64,000 nt of DNA from the human T2T-CHM13v2.0 reference genome, Homo sapiens (GCF_009914755.1 NC_060927.1); one strand, 5' to 3'. Positions 27,039-41,640 are shown, counted from the stretch's first letter. Numbers and translations are program-made. The notes: generated from the letters alone by a model not told the origin.

Positions 27039-28076
27039 TTTTGTTATTTATTTATTATACTTTAAGACCTGGGATACATGTGCAGAACGGACAGTTTCGT
27101 TACATAGGTATACACGTGCCATGGTAGTTTGCTGCACCCATCAACCCGTCATCTACATTAGGTATTTCTCCTAATGCTATCCCTCCTCTCACCCTCCACC
27201 CCCCAACAGGCCCCAGTGTGTGATGTTCCCCTCCCTCTGTCCATGTGTTCTCATTGTTCAATTCTCACTTATGAGTGAGAACATGCAGTGTTTGATTTTC
27301 TGTCCTTCTGTTAGTCTGCTGAGAATGATGGTTTCCAGCTTCATCCACGTCCCTGCAAAGAAAATGAACTCATCCCTTTTTATGGCTGCATAGTACTCCA
27401 TGTTATATATGTGTCACATTTTCTTTATCCAGTCTATCATTAATGAGCATTTGGGTTGGTTCCAAGTCTTTGCTATTGTGAACAGTGCTTTATTAAACAT
27501 ATGTGTGCATGTGTCTTCATAGTAGAATTATTTATAATCCTTTGGATATATACCCAGTAATGGGATTGCTGGGTCAAATGGTATTTCTGGTTCTAAATCC
27601 CTGAGCAATCACCACACTGTCTTCCACAATGGTTGAACTAATTTATGCTCCCACCAACAGTGTAAAAGCGTTCCTATTTCTCCACATCCTCTCCAGCATC
27701 TGTTGTTTCCTGACTTTTTAATGATCGTCATCCTAACTGGAGTGAGATGGTATCTCATGGTGGTTTTGATGTGTATTTCTTTAATGACCAGCAATGATGA
27801 GCTTTTTTTCATATGTTTGTTGGCTGCATAAATGTCTTCTTTTGAGAAGTGTCTGTTCATATCCTTTGCCCACTTTTTGATGGGGTTGTTTTTCTCTTGT
27901 AAATTTGTTTAAGTTCTTTGTAGATTCAGGATATTAGCCCTTTGTCAGATGGATAGATTGCAAAAATTCTCTCCCATTCTGTAGGTTGTCTGTTCACTCT
28001 AATGATAGTTTATTTTGCTGTGCAGAAGCTCTTTAGTTTAATTAGATCCCATTTGTCAATTTTGGCTTTTGTTGCA
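27039..28076 (-). mobile_element. L1PA7-like 3' ~1 kb
   Basis: Antisense L1PA 3'UTR and ORF2 C-terminus (ORF 27609-27860: [17 protein letters not shown]). Confidence 0.92.
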
Positions 28077-28497
28077 TCTTTTACTTCTATAGTAAGTACA
28101 CTCTGGGTTCCAATTCCAAAGACACCCTAAAGTTACAATTGGAATTAGTGATTATTTAATTGTTTCCAGCTTTTTTTTCCCTTTCCAGTCCTCTAATGTG
28201 GGTTTTATTTTCCTCGTTAGTGATCACCCTTAATTGTCAACTCCTAGATTGGATGAATCCTCTTAAACATTCTGAAGTAAAGTTGAAATTATTTTAATGC
28301 AATAGCCAGTGACCTTCTCAGAGACTAGGATGATGGCAGGGTCACTAGGTAGGACCTAGGGTTATCTTTATGAACATCAATTCTGAAAACTACCAGAATT
28401 AGAAAAAAAATCTCATTGACAAATGATTACAATGGTCATGACCAACAATACTGTTTTTCTGCATTCTGGAGTTTTTTTTAAAGTAGTAGTAAAAATC

Positions 28498-29265
28498 CAG
28501 ACACTTCTCAAAACAAGACATACAAGTGGTCAAAGAATATATAAAAAAATGCTCATCATCACTGATCATCTGAGAAATGCAAATCAAAACCTCAATGAGA
28601 TACCATCTCACTCCAATCAGAATGGCTATTACTAAAACGTCAAAAAATAACAGATGGTGATGAGGCCCTGGAGAAAAGAGAATGCATATACATTATTGGT
28701 GGGAATTTAAATTATTTCAGCCACTGTGAAAAGCAGTTTGGAGATTTCTCGAAGAACTTCAAACAGAGCTACCATTCAACTCAGAATCTCATTACTGTGT
28801 ACATACCCAAATGAAAATAAATCATTGCACCAAAAAGGTACTATTCACAATAGCAAAGACGTGGAATCAACCTAGATGCCCATTGATGGTTGATTGGATA
28901 AAGAAAATGGAATACTCTGCAGCCATAAAAAGAATGAAGTCATGTCCTTTGCAACAAACATGGATGTAGCTGAGGCCATTGTCCTACGTGAATTAACACA
29001 GGAACAGAAAATTAAATACCACGTATTCTCACTTATAAGTGGGACTTAAATATTGAGCACACTTGAACATAAATATGGGAACAATAGGCACTGGTAACTG
29101 CTAGACAAGGGAAGGAAAGAGTGGAACATGGGTCAAAAAACTAACTATTGGGTATTGTGCTCATTACCTGGGTTACAGGATCCATACCCCAACTTCAGCA
29201 TCGATATACCCATGTAAAAGACCTGCACATGTACCCCCCGTACCTAAAAGTTGAAATTTAAAAAT
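28498..29265 (+). mobile_element. L1PA15-17-like 3' fragment
   Basis: CAGCCACTGTGAAAAGCAGTTTGGAGATTTCTC; end CTGCACATGTACCCCC...AAAAGTTGAAATT. Confidence 0.85.
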
Positions 29266-29377
29266 AATTACAAAGAACAATAACTAAAATGCCTTAAAAC
29301 GTGTGAATTATGATGGGAGGACTAAGTCCCAAAGCAGTTTATCTGTGTACCCCAAGACTGCAAATAAATTTATAGAA

Positions 29378-29565
29378 CAGTGTTGCCTGGTAGAATTTTC
29401 TATAATGATAGAAATGTTTTATGATCTGTACTGTCCAATACTGTAGCCACTGGCCACATGTGATTATTGAGCACTTGCTATGTGGCTAGTGGAATCAAGG
29501 AACTAAATTTCATATTTTATTTTAATTAATGTAAATGTAACTATAAATGTATTAACATGACAGTT
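29378..29565 (+). mobile_element. MER3 (hAT-Charlie)
   Basis: CTGTCCAATACTGTAGCCACTGGCCACATGTG..TTGAGCACTTG..ATGTGGCTAGTG. Confidence 0.8.
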
Positions 29566-29726
29566 CTACTAATCCCTTTTCTGAAATTTTAAATTATAAC
29601 TACTTCTAAATTATGACAAAATTTTACACTAAAGAAAATTCTTATATATTTTATACTATATACTATATATCATGATATTTTAAATATCATATACAAACTA
29701 TAAGAAGCTAAGGAAGCAAATGCCTG

Positions 29727-29764
<38 letters not shown>

Positions 29765-29934
29765 TTTCTAAAATTATATTCAATACTATGGTTTAGAATT
29801 TTAAGTATTTTCCTCATTGGCACTGAATTTTAATTAAAAAAATAATTTTTATTTAAGCTAAAACATGATAAAATATGGCTGTGCCAGTGTTAAAATAGTC
29901 TTAACTTGAAGTATTATTTATTTACTGAGAGTTC

Positions 29935-30515
<581 letters not shown>

Positions 30516-31679
30516 AAGAATAATTTCTTTATCCAAAAAAATATAGCTTCACCTGAAAAAAAAAAGTAAATATGGTTAAAAACAATAAATTTCACTTAAA
30601 AGAATGTCCAGAAGTTTCTGGAAAAGAACATCCAATAAATGTTAATAAAATAAAAAATCTAATAAATGTTAATAAAGAGAAGTGTAATGATTAATAAAAT
30701 GTCTACCAAACCAGTACCTAGAAACATAGTCCATAAAATATTTATACTTTCCCTAAAGTCACTACAGCTGAAAGGTACGGAGTGCAGATACAATGATGTA
30801 AGGCATTGTCGTGGGAAAGTTTTTAATTTTTTTAAGCAATGTTTTTCTCTCTCTCGGGATCCTTATACAATCTACCCTCATTTGCAGGTGCTATCTGTTC
30901 TGCCAGGGGTGTTCAGAAAGATCTCTTGGAGCATCAACGTTCTGTTGTCCTTAGGGAAGGATTCATCCTTTCCTTTTCTAATGGTTTACTCTTTTAGAGG
31001 GAAACAAAGACAGGTCTGCTTCTGTCCTAGAGTCTTATGATGTTTTAAGTGGACACTTCCTTTAGCTTTTGCCTACTGCTTCCTTCTGCACTCTTGCTTC
31101 TCTTACTCCTGGCATTCAGATATATGCACATAAAGGAGTGATGAAGGAAAAATGCATTATATGGAAATTATGATCTACTCAGAATTTCTCCTCTTTTCTG
31201 TGGAATAAGACCATACTACTGAGTCCATCTCCAGAAAGCATTTCCATCTAGAAGCCACTTTGAACTCTCATGTAAATTAGCTTCCAACAAGTCAAACTCC
31301 CCAGTTTGTCAGACGTGTTCAGATATTTTGGAACACCAAATCTATGTAGAGTTCAACTGAAGTTGGGAAATGCAATCCATTTCTCTCTGCAGCACCATAA
31401 GGCGTCTCAGAGAACAGGAATAGAATCTATATGGTAGTGGACTATCTAGACCCACCTTCCACCACCCCAGATTTTGGCTACTGTGGAATTCTCAGGTTCT
31501 ATCACTATTTTTTTTTTTTTACATTTTTCCATCTGTGATGGTAGTTCCCAATTCTCCAGAAGTTGAAAAGTCATCATTTTTCTCATATCCAATAAGTCAA
31601 CTTCTCAAAACTCTATTTAAAGTAGAAACAGATATAGTCAAATGTTTGTCTCCACGGTTTATCTTGAAAAGGGCTATAT

Positions 31680-32552
31680 ACCCCATCAAAAAGTGGGCGA
31701 AGGGTATGAACAGACACCTCTCAAAATAAGACATTTATGCAGCCAACAGACACATGAAAAAATGCTTATCATCACTGGCCATCAGAGAAATGCAAATCAA
31801 AACCACAATGAGATACCATCTCACACCAGTTAGAATGGCAATCATTAAAAAGTCAGGAAACAACAGGTGCTGGAGAGGATGTGAAGAAATAGGAACACTT
31901 TTACACTGTTGGTGGGACTGTAAACTGGCTCAACCATTGTGGAAGTCAGTGTGATGATTCCTCAAGGATCTAGAACTAGAAATACCATTTGACCCAGCCA
32001 TCCCATTACTGGGTATAGACTGAAAGGATTATAAATCATGCTGCTATAAAGACACATGCACACGTATGTTTATTGCGGCACTATTCACAACAGCAAAGAC
32101 TTGGAACCAACCCAAATGTCCATCAATGATAGACTGGATGAAGAAAATGTGCACATATACACCATGGAATACTATGCAGCCATAAAAAAGGATGAGTTCA
32201 TGTCCTTTTTAGGGACATGGATGAAGCTGGAAACCATCATTCTCAGCAAACTATCGCAAGGACAAAAAAGCCATACACAGCATGTTCTCACTCATAGGTG
32301 GGAATTGAACAATGAGAACACTTGGACACAGGAAGGGGAACATCACACACTGGGGCCTGTCGTGGGGTGGGGGGATGGGGAGGAATACATTAGGAGATAT
32401 ACCTAATGTAAATGAGGAGTTAATGGGTGCAGCACACCAACATGGCACATGTATACATATGTAACAAACCTGCACGTTGTGCACATGTACCCTAGAACTT
32501 AAAGTATAATAATAATAATAAATAAATAAAAATAAAATACTAAAAAAGAAAA
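31680..32552 (+). mobile_element. L1PA4/5-like 3' ~870 bp
   Basis: ORF2 C-terminus, 3'UTR and A-tail; TSD GAAAAG(G/A)GCTATA at 31666-31678 and 32553-32565. Confidence 0.92.
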
Positions 32553-32643
32553 GAAAAGAGCTATACGTCAGTGACAACCAAACAACCAATGTGGTTCCCC
32601 TCCTTATGTTAAATTCAATATAATGGATCAAAAACACTAAAAC

Positions 32644-32782
32644 TTTGGGGTGATGAAAACGTTTTGGAACTTGGTACGGACAGTAGTTTTGAACCATTGT
32701 AAACGCACTAAATGCCATTAAATTGTACACTTTAAAATTGTTCATTTAACTTTATATAAATTTCACACCTCCAGAAAAAAAA
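32644..32782 (+). mobile_element. L1MB 3' terminal fragment
   Basis: TTTGGGGTGATGAAAACGTTTTGGAACT...AATTGTACACTTTAAAA. Confidence 0.7.
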
Positions 32783-34029
32783 GATGCGTGCAGAGTTAAA
32801 CTATTCTGTGTTCTAAGCACAGCAACAGTTCTCATTTTCCAAATAAAATATTGAGAAGTATTTCACCAGTATTTTGTAATCACTAGTAGTCAAAGTATAA
32901 AATTTGTGAAGATTGATGTTTGTATAAATTGGTACTAATTCAAGATTAGTCTTATTCTTAGAATAATATCATCCACATATTTGCATTTTAATATGCATTC
33001 TCCACTGTTAGAGAAAAACTAGAGTTTCATCAGCTACCATTTGTAATTGCATACAACCCGCAGTCTGCTTCACTCATCTGACCATCTTAGGGATAAAACT
33101 CCACAGGCACACCTTAGCAGCAGTGGGATATTTTCAATATTACTGTCCCTTTTAGCTGTGATTTTTTTATTTATTTCTAGACTAATTTTTATTTCACCCA
33201 TGGAAAAATAGCTAACAGGAAGAAGGCAGAAGCAGATGAGACAGGGTGATTAGAGCATATACATTCACATTCCCTTTCAGGGATAATAATGCTAGAAAAT
33301 CTCTATAAGGCAAAACAGTTGTAAATCCCATCAAAAGTAGGCAAATTAACAATACAAGTAAAATTGACAAAAGCATTCTTCATAGTGATAACTGTGTTAA
33401 AAATCCACAAATTCAATATAGTCTCATTTTAATCATAAAAAATTATTTTGCTTCTTTTATAGGAACTAATCTTCATTAACATTATCTGAGAGAAAAATCA
33501 AGTTTTATCAAAAGAAAATCCAACACTTTTAAATTCATGTAGCCATATTTTTTCTTGTAAACTTCTATTTTTAAAACTTGAAATAAATAATTTTGTGACT
33601 CGTGCTTACAGAATAGTTTTTATAAATATAATTTCAAAAGGGAAAATGTTTATAAGCCTCTGTCACACTTTCCTACAAATTTCGAGGTGATTTTATTAAA
33701 ATCTGTGCATGTCATTAGAGTATCACATGTATGGTTTTTAGGATGAAAGAAAGAGATTTGCAAAGGCAGAGTTAACACCATTATCCAAAAAGAACCAATA
33801 AATCATAAAAGCTGTTTTCATTATTTCAGCAAACATTTGTTAACCAGCTATTATGTGTTCATTCTTTTCTGGTCCTGCCATTTGCATGTTCCAGTAAAGT
33901 TGTTCCTCCCTTTGCCTTTCAGGGCTTTACACTACTTTTGGCCCTGAGATTCCTGATGTGGTAGTGACTTTCTATTATATACCAAGTCAAGCCTTCTAGT
34001 CTATCTTCTTTCTCCTGCCATCTTCTGCC

Positions 34030-34980
34030 TTCTTCCAAAGCCCCAATTTTATTAATTGTTTTTAGCATACTCATGTTTTTAAGAGGAAGCAATAACCCAA
34101 GCCCAAGAAGACAGCTTCTTTGTTCATCTAAGCCAAACATGGGCGTGTCATTCACCTTCCAAAGTGATTGGCTTTAGTCATTGGCTCGTGACACAATCAC
34201 AGCTAATAAAAAACAGAGGAGGTCTGCTGAATGGTTTCTGGGAGGGATTTTCTCACTGTTCAAATGGGACACAAGAGAGGCATGTACCCTTTTCTGCTTT
34301 TGGATTAGCTGCTTATGCCAGCTAGAATTGGGCAGCAATTTCAGGAGCATGAGGGGTCCCAGAATTAGAAGCTGTGGCAGGGCAGCTATGTCAGAAACAG
34401 ATATTAAGACAGAGGCTGGAGTGCAATGAGTTTCTTAGGGATCAGTATCTGTAGGAGGAAGGGGCAGGAAGCAGGACTGAGCTAAGGGAGAAGCTGAATA
34501 GTAATGCAGGTCCAATAAAGCCTCAGTCAACTCTGCACATGCTCCGGGCCAGTGTCATCCATAGAAATTGTCCTGCTTTGGGCTGAAATGGTCATTCCTT
34601 TATACTCCGACTTTACTCAGTCATCTGAAGAGAGAGCATGACCCATGGCCATTCCCTGCAGCTGAGACATACTGTCTTAAAAAAAGCTGACAGCTGAGAC
34701 TGCCTATTGACCTTACTTCTCAAAGCTGGGCATCAAGACCTTCATAGAAGGGGGATCTGGGTAGCACATCTTCCTGTCTACCATGGAGTATAAGCCAGTC
34801 CACTGAGAATTTCATGTGAAATGATGCAAGATGTCTGAGTCCTTGTTAATGTCACTGATCCACTACATTAACCAACCCTGGAAATTTCCTACCTTCAGGC
34901 TTCTTCTTATATGAAATTATAAGGTTCAAGTTTTGCTAAAATTTCCATGATTTGCAGGAGGAAGCATCTTTCTTGATACA
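34030..34980. mobile_element. Ancient ERVL-class LTR(s): LTR33-like element with a second LTR nested at about 34400-34785
   Basis: GTGATTGG...GAGGTCTGCTG..GGTTTCTGGGA motifs; family assignment uncertain. Confidence 0.45.
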
Positions 34981-36084
34981 CTAAAATTTGCATTGAGGCT
35001 CTTGACTTTCACAGACTTTTACAGAAGTTGGGACAAACTTCTTCAGTCTGATATTGAAATATTTCTTCAGGCAGAATTCTACTACTTCTTCAATTGCACT
35101 TGCTGTGACCAAGACATGCTGCCTATTTTCTGCAGTTTCCTTCCTAGAAGAAAGGGCTCAGACTCCATACCAGGCCTTGTGTATGTTCTGGGGAAGAAGA
35201 GAAGAATGGGACAAACTCCTACCTTAAGAAACTCAGGGGCATCAGGAAAATCCTGTTTTACCTTGAGTAAAAAATAGACATTGCTAGAGCAATAAATACA
35301 TTTTAATGATAGAAAGTGTGCCCTATCTCCCTACATTGAATTTACTTTTTCTCACCACTTAATCTAATTCTTATTAAGTATATATTCAAGATCTATTTCA
35401 TTAGCAAGCTTTGCAAACTTTAGAAACACAGTATCTCACTAAGCTTCAGTTTTCTTGTTCATAAAATGAGATGTTTAGAATAGATCATCTCTAGGGCCCC
35501 TTCTAACTTTAAGATCCTACAATTCTATGAGCCATATGTTCATTTCTGCTTATGACTTTCTGTTTCCTGAAGTACATTTCTGATAACAGCCACCAAATAA
35601 TAGCCATCCAGACACTTTCTGTTTAAATTCTCCTTTCACCAGATGTCACCCTGAGGGCCTCTGAATACCTCAGTGGAGCAACACACACAAGGGAAGCTGA
35701 CAGACAGCTCCCTTCTGAGCTGTCTTCCACTAAAATGGCTAATCATATCTGCTATGTGCAAGCAGCCATCCAGCCCCAGGCACAAAACAGAGGCTAGCAA
35801 TAAAGCATTCCCCAGTGACGCCTGTGTTTCAGCAGGCTGTGAGCAGTAGAAACATCTTATTGCAGAATCTGTTGGGGACCAGCTGAAGGAGACTCCTGTG
35901 TATTTTTTTAAAGGAATATATAGGCTTTTTTTTTTTTACAGCCAATTAGCCTTGATCTAGGAAATGAAATTGTATTTGTATTGATTTGGTTTCTTTTTGA
36001 ATCAGTTACTTGGAAAGGAAGCACTTACCTATTCTGGACACAGGAGGACCTCCCCAAAGTGCAATTGGTAAACAAGTCTTTGGT

Positions 36085-36838
36085 TCAATCAACAGGCAAC
36101 TCACAAAAGAAGATATCTAAATGGCCAATAAATGTATAAAAAGATACTCAACTCCATGAGTAGTCAGGGAGATGTAAATTAAATGCACAATAAGATGATA
36201 CCATAAATTCACAAGAAATGTTTAAAATTTGAAAGAATGACAATGTAAGTGTTAGGAAGGCTGTGGAGTACCAAAACTCATACATTGTTGGTGAAAGTAA
36301 AAGTTGGAGCAATCACTTTGGAAAACAATTTAGAAGATTCCAATAGAGTTAAACATATGCTTCCCCTATGACCCAGCCAATCCTAGGTATATGATTCAAA
36401 GAAATGAGAAAACATATCACAAAAAGCCTTGTAGGTGAATGTTGAGAGCAGACCTGGTAATAACAGTGAAGAGCTGAACATAACCCAAATGTCTATTAAG
36501 AGGAGAAAGGAATGATACATGGGTGAATTTCAGAAACGTTACATTGAGCAAATGAAACCAAACACAAAAGATTGCATACTGTATAATGCTACTTATGTAA
36601 TTAGGAACAGACAAAGTGAAACTATGATTATAAAAGCCAGAATAATAGTTTCCTCTAGGTGAGGTGGAGGACATTGACTGAAAAGAGGCATCAGGGATCT
36701 TTCCAGGGTACTGAAATCCTTCTAGATCTTGATCTGGGTGGTGACTACACAGGTACATACATACATAAAAATTTACTGAGCTATAACTTAAGATTTGTGC
36801 AATGTCTTCCAGGTAAATTTTACCTCAATTAAAAAATT
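36085..36838 (+). mobile_element. Old L1M (L1MD/ME-like) 3' region
   Basis: CACAAAAGAAGATATCTAAATGGCCAATAAA...CTTGATCTGGGTGGTGACTACACAGGT...TTACCTCAATTAAAA. Confidence 0.8.
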
Positions 36839-37079
36839 TTTTTTTGTTCCCTCAATAAGGACAGATGAGGCCAGCTTTATTTCCTCATGTAGACCCTGTC
36901 CTAGAAATACTGCTTTTCTCCTCAAAGCAATCTTCCCAGGCAAGCTGGACCCTGTTAGTACCACCTCACAATAAAGGAACATCTGCAGCCCAGACTGACT
37001 GCAATTTAATGGAGAAGTAAAAGGCTACACCACCTACATAAGCAGCTTTCATATATCAAAAGATTTCCATATACCACAC

Positions 37080-37270
37080 ACAGTGTATGTCATGATTTTT
37101 GATTTTCAAAACCATCATGCAAGGCAGGTAATATTAACTACATGTTCTAGATGAGAAAACCAATGCTCACAGCAGTTAAGTAACTTTCCCAAGTTAACAC
37201 AACCACTAAGTGGTAGACCTGGGACTCAAACGGAGTTTGATTTGGAGACAAATCTGAGATCTTTTTAATT
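37080..37270 (-). mobile_element. MIR SINE
   Basis: AGATGAGAAAAC..GTTAAGTAACTTTCCCAAGTTAACAC..CTAAGTGGTAGACCTGGGACTCAAAC. Confidence 0.75.
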
Positions 37271-37543
37271 TGTCCTGCCCCTTTTAGTGGGAGAAGTGCA
37301 GGAGGCCACATAACCCACCAGGAGATATGTCTTTACTTGTTCCCTTATGCTATTTTGAGGATGGTTTCATGGGCTTTGGATAAGGCCAGAGTGGGTCAGA
37401 GTGTAAGCACCTCAGGAGTGAGAGAAAGCTCCCTTGCATGAAGCGAGAAGAAATTAATGAATCACCCAGGCTCCTGCTGGCAAAACATGGCCTTCACACC
37501 TGTTCAGAGGAAAAATGAGCAACAAAGCCCCTGCCCACCCCCC

Positions 37544-37547
37544 CACA

Positions 37548-37586
<39 letters not shown>

Positions 37587-37600
37587 CACACACACACACA
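37544..37600. repeat. (CA)n microsatellite
   Basis: Direct inspection. Confidence 0.95.
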
Positions 37601-38285
37601 AACTCTAAAGTAAAGCTTAAAATCTTTATGAGTGTGTTCCTAGGTGCTTCATAAGATATATACTTTTTTCATTTAAAAAATATGACAACAATGTTTCCAA
37701 CTATAATCCTTATTTTTCTCCACTCCAGGCTGCCAAGCATTCAGATCAAGGAACTTTTATGTCTGAAATTGTTTCAAGCCAAATAGTTCCTTGGGGTTGG
37801 ATAGGTGTGATTAAATCTGGCAACTCTTATGAACCTTATGAAAAGGACACTGAAATTAATGTCATTATATTACCAATCTCTGTTATTCTACTCTTCGTGC
37901 CTTTAAAACAACTTTTAAAAAATTATTAAAAATATATTGAGGCTTGGTGTAATTATAAACCCAGAGAAAAATAATGAAAGCAAAACATAACAAGTACCCG
38001 TTGTAATTTGAACATACCACTGCTGCTTAAATATATGTGCTAGAAAATATACAATAAAAGGCTTGATTTTTAAGTAAGGTTTATAATCTTTTGGTTATTA
38101 TCTGGTGCTTAGCAAAACCCAATGGTAATAAGGAGCCCAAAGTGAATACTAACAACGTCTTCTGGCTTAGAAAAGCACAATCACAAAATACACAGAAGTG
38201 TGTCAAAAGCCTCATGCAAACAAATATGTAATCATTATACTGAGCTCACTACAAGTCCCATGAACTAAGGTTGTGAATATGAGCC

Positions 38286-38683
38286 TGTCTTAGTCTTATA
38301 TGAGCTGTAACAAAATACCATAGACTGAGTGGCTTATAAACAACAGAAGAATATTTCTCACTGTTCTGGAATCTGTGTATTCCAAGATTAAGGTATCAAC
38401 AGAATCAACAGACTCAGTGCCTGGTGAGCGCTCGCTTCCCCACAGATAACTGTTTTCTTATTCTAATGTTATTGTGGCAGAAGGGTGAGGGGTCTCTCTC
38501 AGGATTTTTTTATAAGGACCTTTTTCTCAGGGCTTTTATAATCCCATGCGGGAAGATTCTGACCTCATGACCTAATCACCCCGCAAAAGTCCTACCAACC
38601 TCCTAATACTATCACTTTGGGGGGTTAGAATTTCAACATATGAATTTGGGGGAAAGGGAAATGCAAACATTCTGATCATAGCA
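38286..38683 (-). mobile_element. MLT1A-type MaLR solo LTR
   Basis: TGTCTTAGTC..AACAAAATACCATAGACTGAGTGGCTTATAAACAACAG...CAAACATTCTGATCATAGCA. Confidence 0.85.
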
Positions 38684-38997
38684 GAACCAAACATATCTGA
38701 AGGAAAATCACCTAAAGTAAATCCTCCCATCAGACAAGTTTATGAAAATCATATAATAAAATATAAACTGTGCTTATTTATTGGAAGTACTGTGTCACTA
38801 ACCCCTGTAGATTTATGTTCTCAAAAAAAAAGTATGGGCTGCTATAAAAAAAAAATCTCAAAAATTAGGTCTGCCATTTACCAGAATTGTGAGTTTGTGC
38901 AAGTTTTAATATGTTAAAGACTCAGTTTTTTATCTACCTAACAAATGTGATAGTGAGGATGAAGGAAATTAAATACATGCGAAGACAAATGCAAAGG

Positions 38998-39397
38998 CGT
39001 TCTCACTTATTTGTGGGAGCTAAAAGTTAAAACAATTGAACTCATGGAGCTAGAGAGTAGAAGGATGGTTACCAGAGGCTGGAAAAAGTAGTGGGGAGGC
39101 TGAGGAAAGGGGGAAGTGGGGATGGTTAAGGGGTTCAAAAAATAGAATAAATAAGACCTAGTATTTGCTAGCAAAACAGGGTGACTATAGTCAAAAATAA
39201 TTTAATTGTACATTCTAAAATAACTAAAAGATTATACTTGGATTGCTTATAACACAAAGGGTAAATACTTGAAGTAATGGATGCCCCATTTACCCTAATG
39301 GGATTATTAAGCATTGTATGCCTGTATCAAAATATCTCATGTAATCCCAAAATATATACCCTACTATGTATCCATGAATATTAAATTTTTTAAAAAA
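38998..39397 (+). mobile_element. L1MA2/3-like 3' end
   Basis: Same 3'UTR family as 18990-19400; TSD A(A/G)GA(C/T)AAATGCAAAGG at 38982-38997 and 39398-39413. Confidence 0.88.
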
Positions 39398-39836
39398 AGG
39401 ATAAATGCAAAGGAATATTGTAGCTACAGCTGCTAAGAATAAGAATGCTTTGTTTCAGCAAGAGCTGAAGATGTCCTTCGGAGCACAAAATAGTAAAACC
39501 AGCTCCCTGATGGGTGGGTTGGAGCAGGCTCGCACATGAGGCAGAAGACAACAAAACATTTTCTTTTTCTGATTATAGCCTTCATCTCCAAGGACCACTT
39601 TATCTTTGACCTCCAAGACACTTTAGGCAAATGAGCAAAACGAGTGACTGCCTACCCTTAAAAACAGACCAGGATATTTGAATAAATTAGAAATGCCTTT
39701 CATACTGTAATCGTCCACTTAGAATTTTAACTGCATTTTTGTACTGCATTTTAAGTGGACATTATTTACAACTGACAAGAATCTGACCAGGTGAGTTGCA
39801 GGCTTCCAAAATCCCACCAAAGTTTATTCTTCCAAA

Positions 39837-40693
39837 ATTTTGGAGCAATCTAGTACGCTTGCATAAAAACACAAAGTGTATGTTGATTTGTAACAGAGTA
39901 TTTTATTATTTTCTTCTCTTCCTTTTTTCTTTTTTACTCTATCTTTGGCTATATATATATACACACACACACACACACGTGTACATATATGCATATATGC
40001 ACATATATGTGTACATACACACACATATATGTACATATATGTATATATACACACACATATATGTACACATATATATGTGTACACACACATATATGTACAC
40101 ATATATATGTGTACACACACATATATATGTACACATATATATGTGTGTATTTTGGAGCAATCTAGTATGCTTGGATAAAAATACAAAGTGTATGTTGATT
40201 TGTAACAGAGTATTTATTCTCTTTTGCTTTTTCACTCCATCTTTGGCTATATATATACACATATATATGTGTACATACATATACACACATATGTGTACAT
40301 ATATACACACCTATATGTGTACATGTGTACACACGTATATGTGTACATATGTTATATACACATATGTGTACATGTGTGTATATGCATATATGTGTACATA
40401 TATGTACACATATATGTGTGTATACGCATATATACATGTGTACTTATATATACACACTTATATGTGTACCTATATATGTATATATGTACACATACATGTG
40501 TACCTATATATGTATATACACACACATATATGTACATATATATGTATATATACACATATATGTGTGCCTATATGTACATATATATGTATACACATATATG
40601 TGTACCTATATGTGTATATATACACACATATATATGTGTGCATATACATGTATATATATACACACATATATATGTGTGTATATATATGCATAC
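39837..40693. repeat. Tandem duplication of a ~312-bp unit (unique head plus alternating purine-pyrimidine VNTR)
   Basis: ATTTTGGAGCAATCTAGTAYGCTTGSATAAAAAYACAAAGTGTATGTTGATTTGTAACAGAGTATTT at 39837 and 40149, each followed by TA/CA/TG tracts. Confidence 0.95.
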
Positions 40694-41640
40694 TGCTCAA
40701 CACCTTTTCCATCTGTGGGCCGCTGTGGGGTTTTATCTTTTTTTAGACAATCTCTTTGGTCTCTCCTATGTGATCAACATATCTGATTACATAAAAACAT
40801 CCCTACCTGAACCCAGACATACCGCCTCCCACAGATCTGGGCAGCCACCCACACAGGGACAAGGGGACGTTAAAAATAAGCTGGCTGTATTGAACTGGCC
40901 TGGCTCCTGCAACTTACAGGAACGAAGTGTCCGTTAGCAAGAACACTGAAAATTGCAGCCATTCATTCTCAGGCCATTTGACACTTTCGATCGCCTTACA
41001 GATCAACGGTTACACAAGGACAGACTGAAAGCTGTCACTGAGCTAGAAACCAAACCTGCAACCCTCCCTTCCCTCTATAAAGACCCACCAGCTAGACTCA
41101 TGGAGCCCAGGATGGAGGAACACAGGTTACCTGGACTGAGAAAGTAGGGTATTTCCAAATGTCAGCATCTCATTAGCAGATTAGAAATAACATACGCTTG
41201 ACTAAATTTAGGTGACTCTTATTTCATGTTTAACGTGGCTACACTGCTACTCTTGACCATGGCACATCCTGCCTGCAAGGGGGGAAGAACATAGCTCTAG
41301 CCTCCCTGATAATTGGCTTGCATCTTTACTTGTTAGTTATCATGATAGCCCCAGAAGGTGTATTGTGAAATCAGGCTCATGGGGGTAAAATGCTTCAGGT
41401 TATGAGTCATGGGTAAATAACTATGTGATATATGTTTAGTTGCTTTCAGCTGAGAAACTTTGTATCTCTGGTAGTAACCTGATCCTTCTGATTCTTCTCC
41501 CTGGGAGTTTATTGACTGGACAGTGGGGGATATCTGTGGGGGTCAAGAGAACTAAATGGAACCCTCACATGGCTAAGAGATCTTCTGATATCATTTTATA
41601 ATAAATAGTAGAAGACAAATTCTATACTCCACAAAGACAA

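Noticed and set aside
30633-30677. Repeated AATAAATGTTAATAAA (poly(A)-signal cluster)
   Set aside because: Short duplication in A-rich sequence with no supporting terminal-exon evidence.
39796-40937. Long ORFs (316 aa, 237 aa and others on both strands) rich in Y/I/H/T/C/M/V
   Set aside because: Alternating purine-pyrimidine repeats cannot contain TAA/TAG/TGA, so open frames are a compositional artefact.
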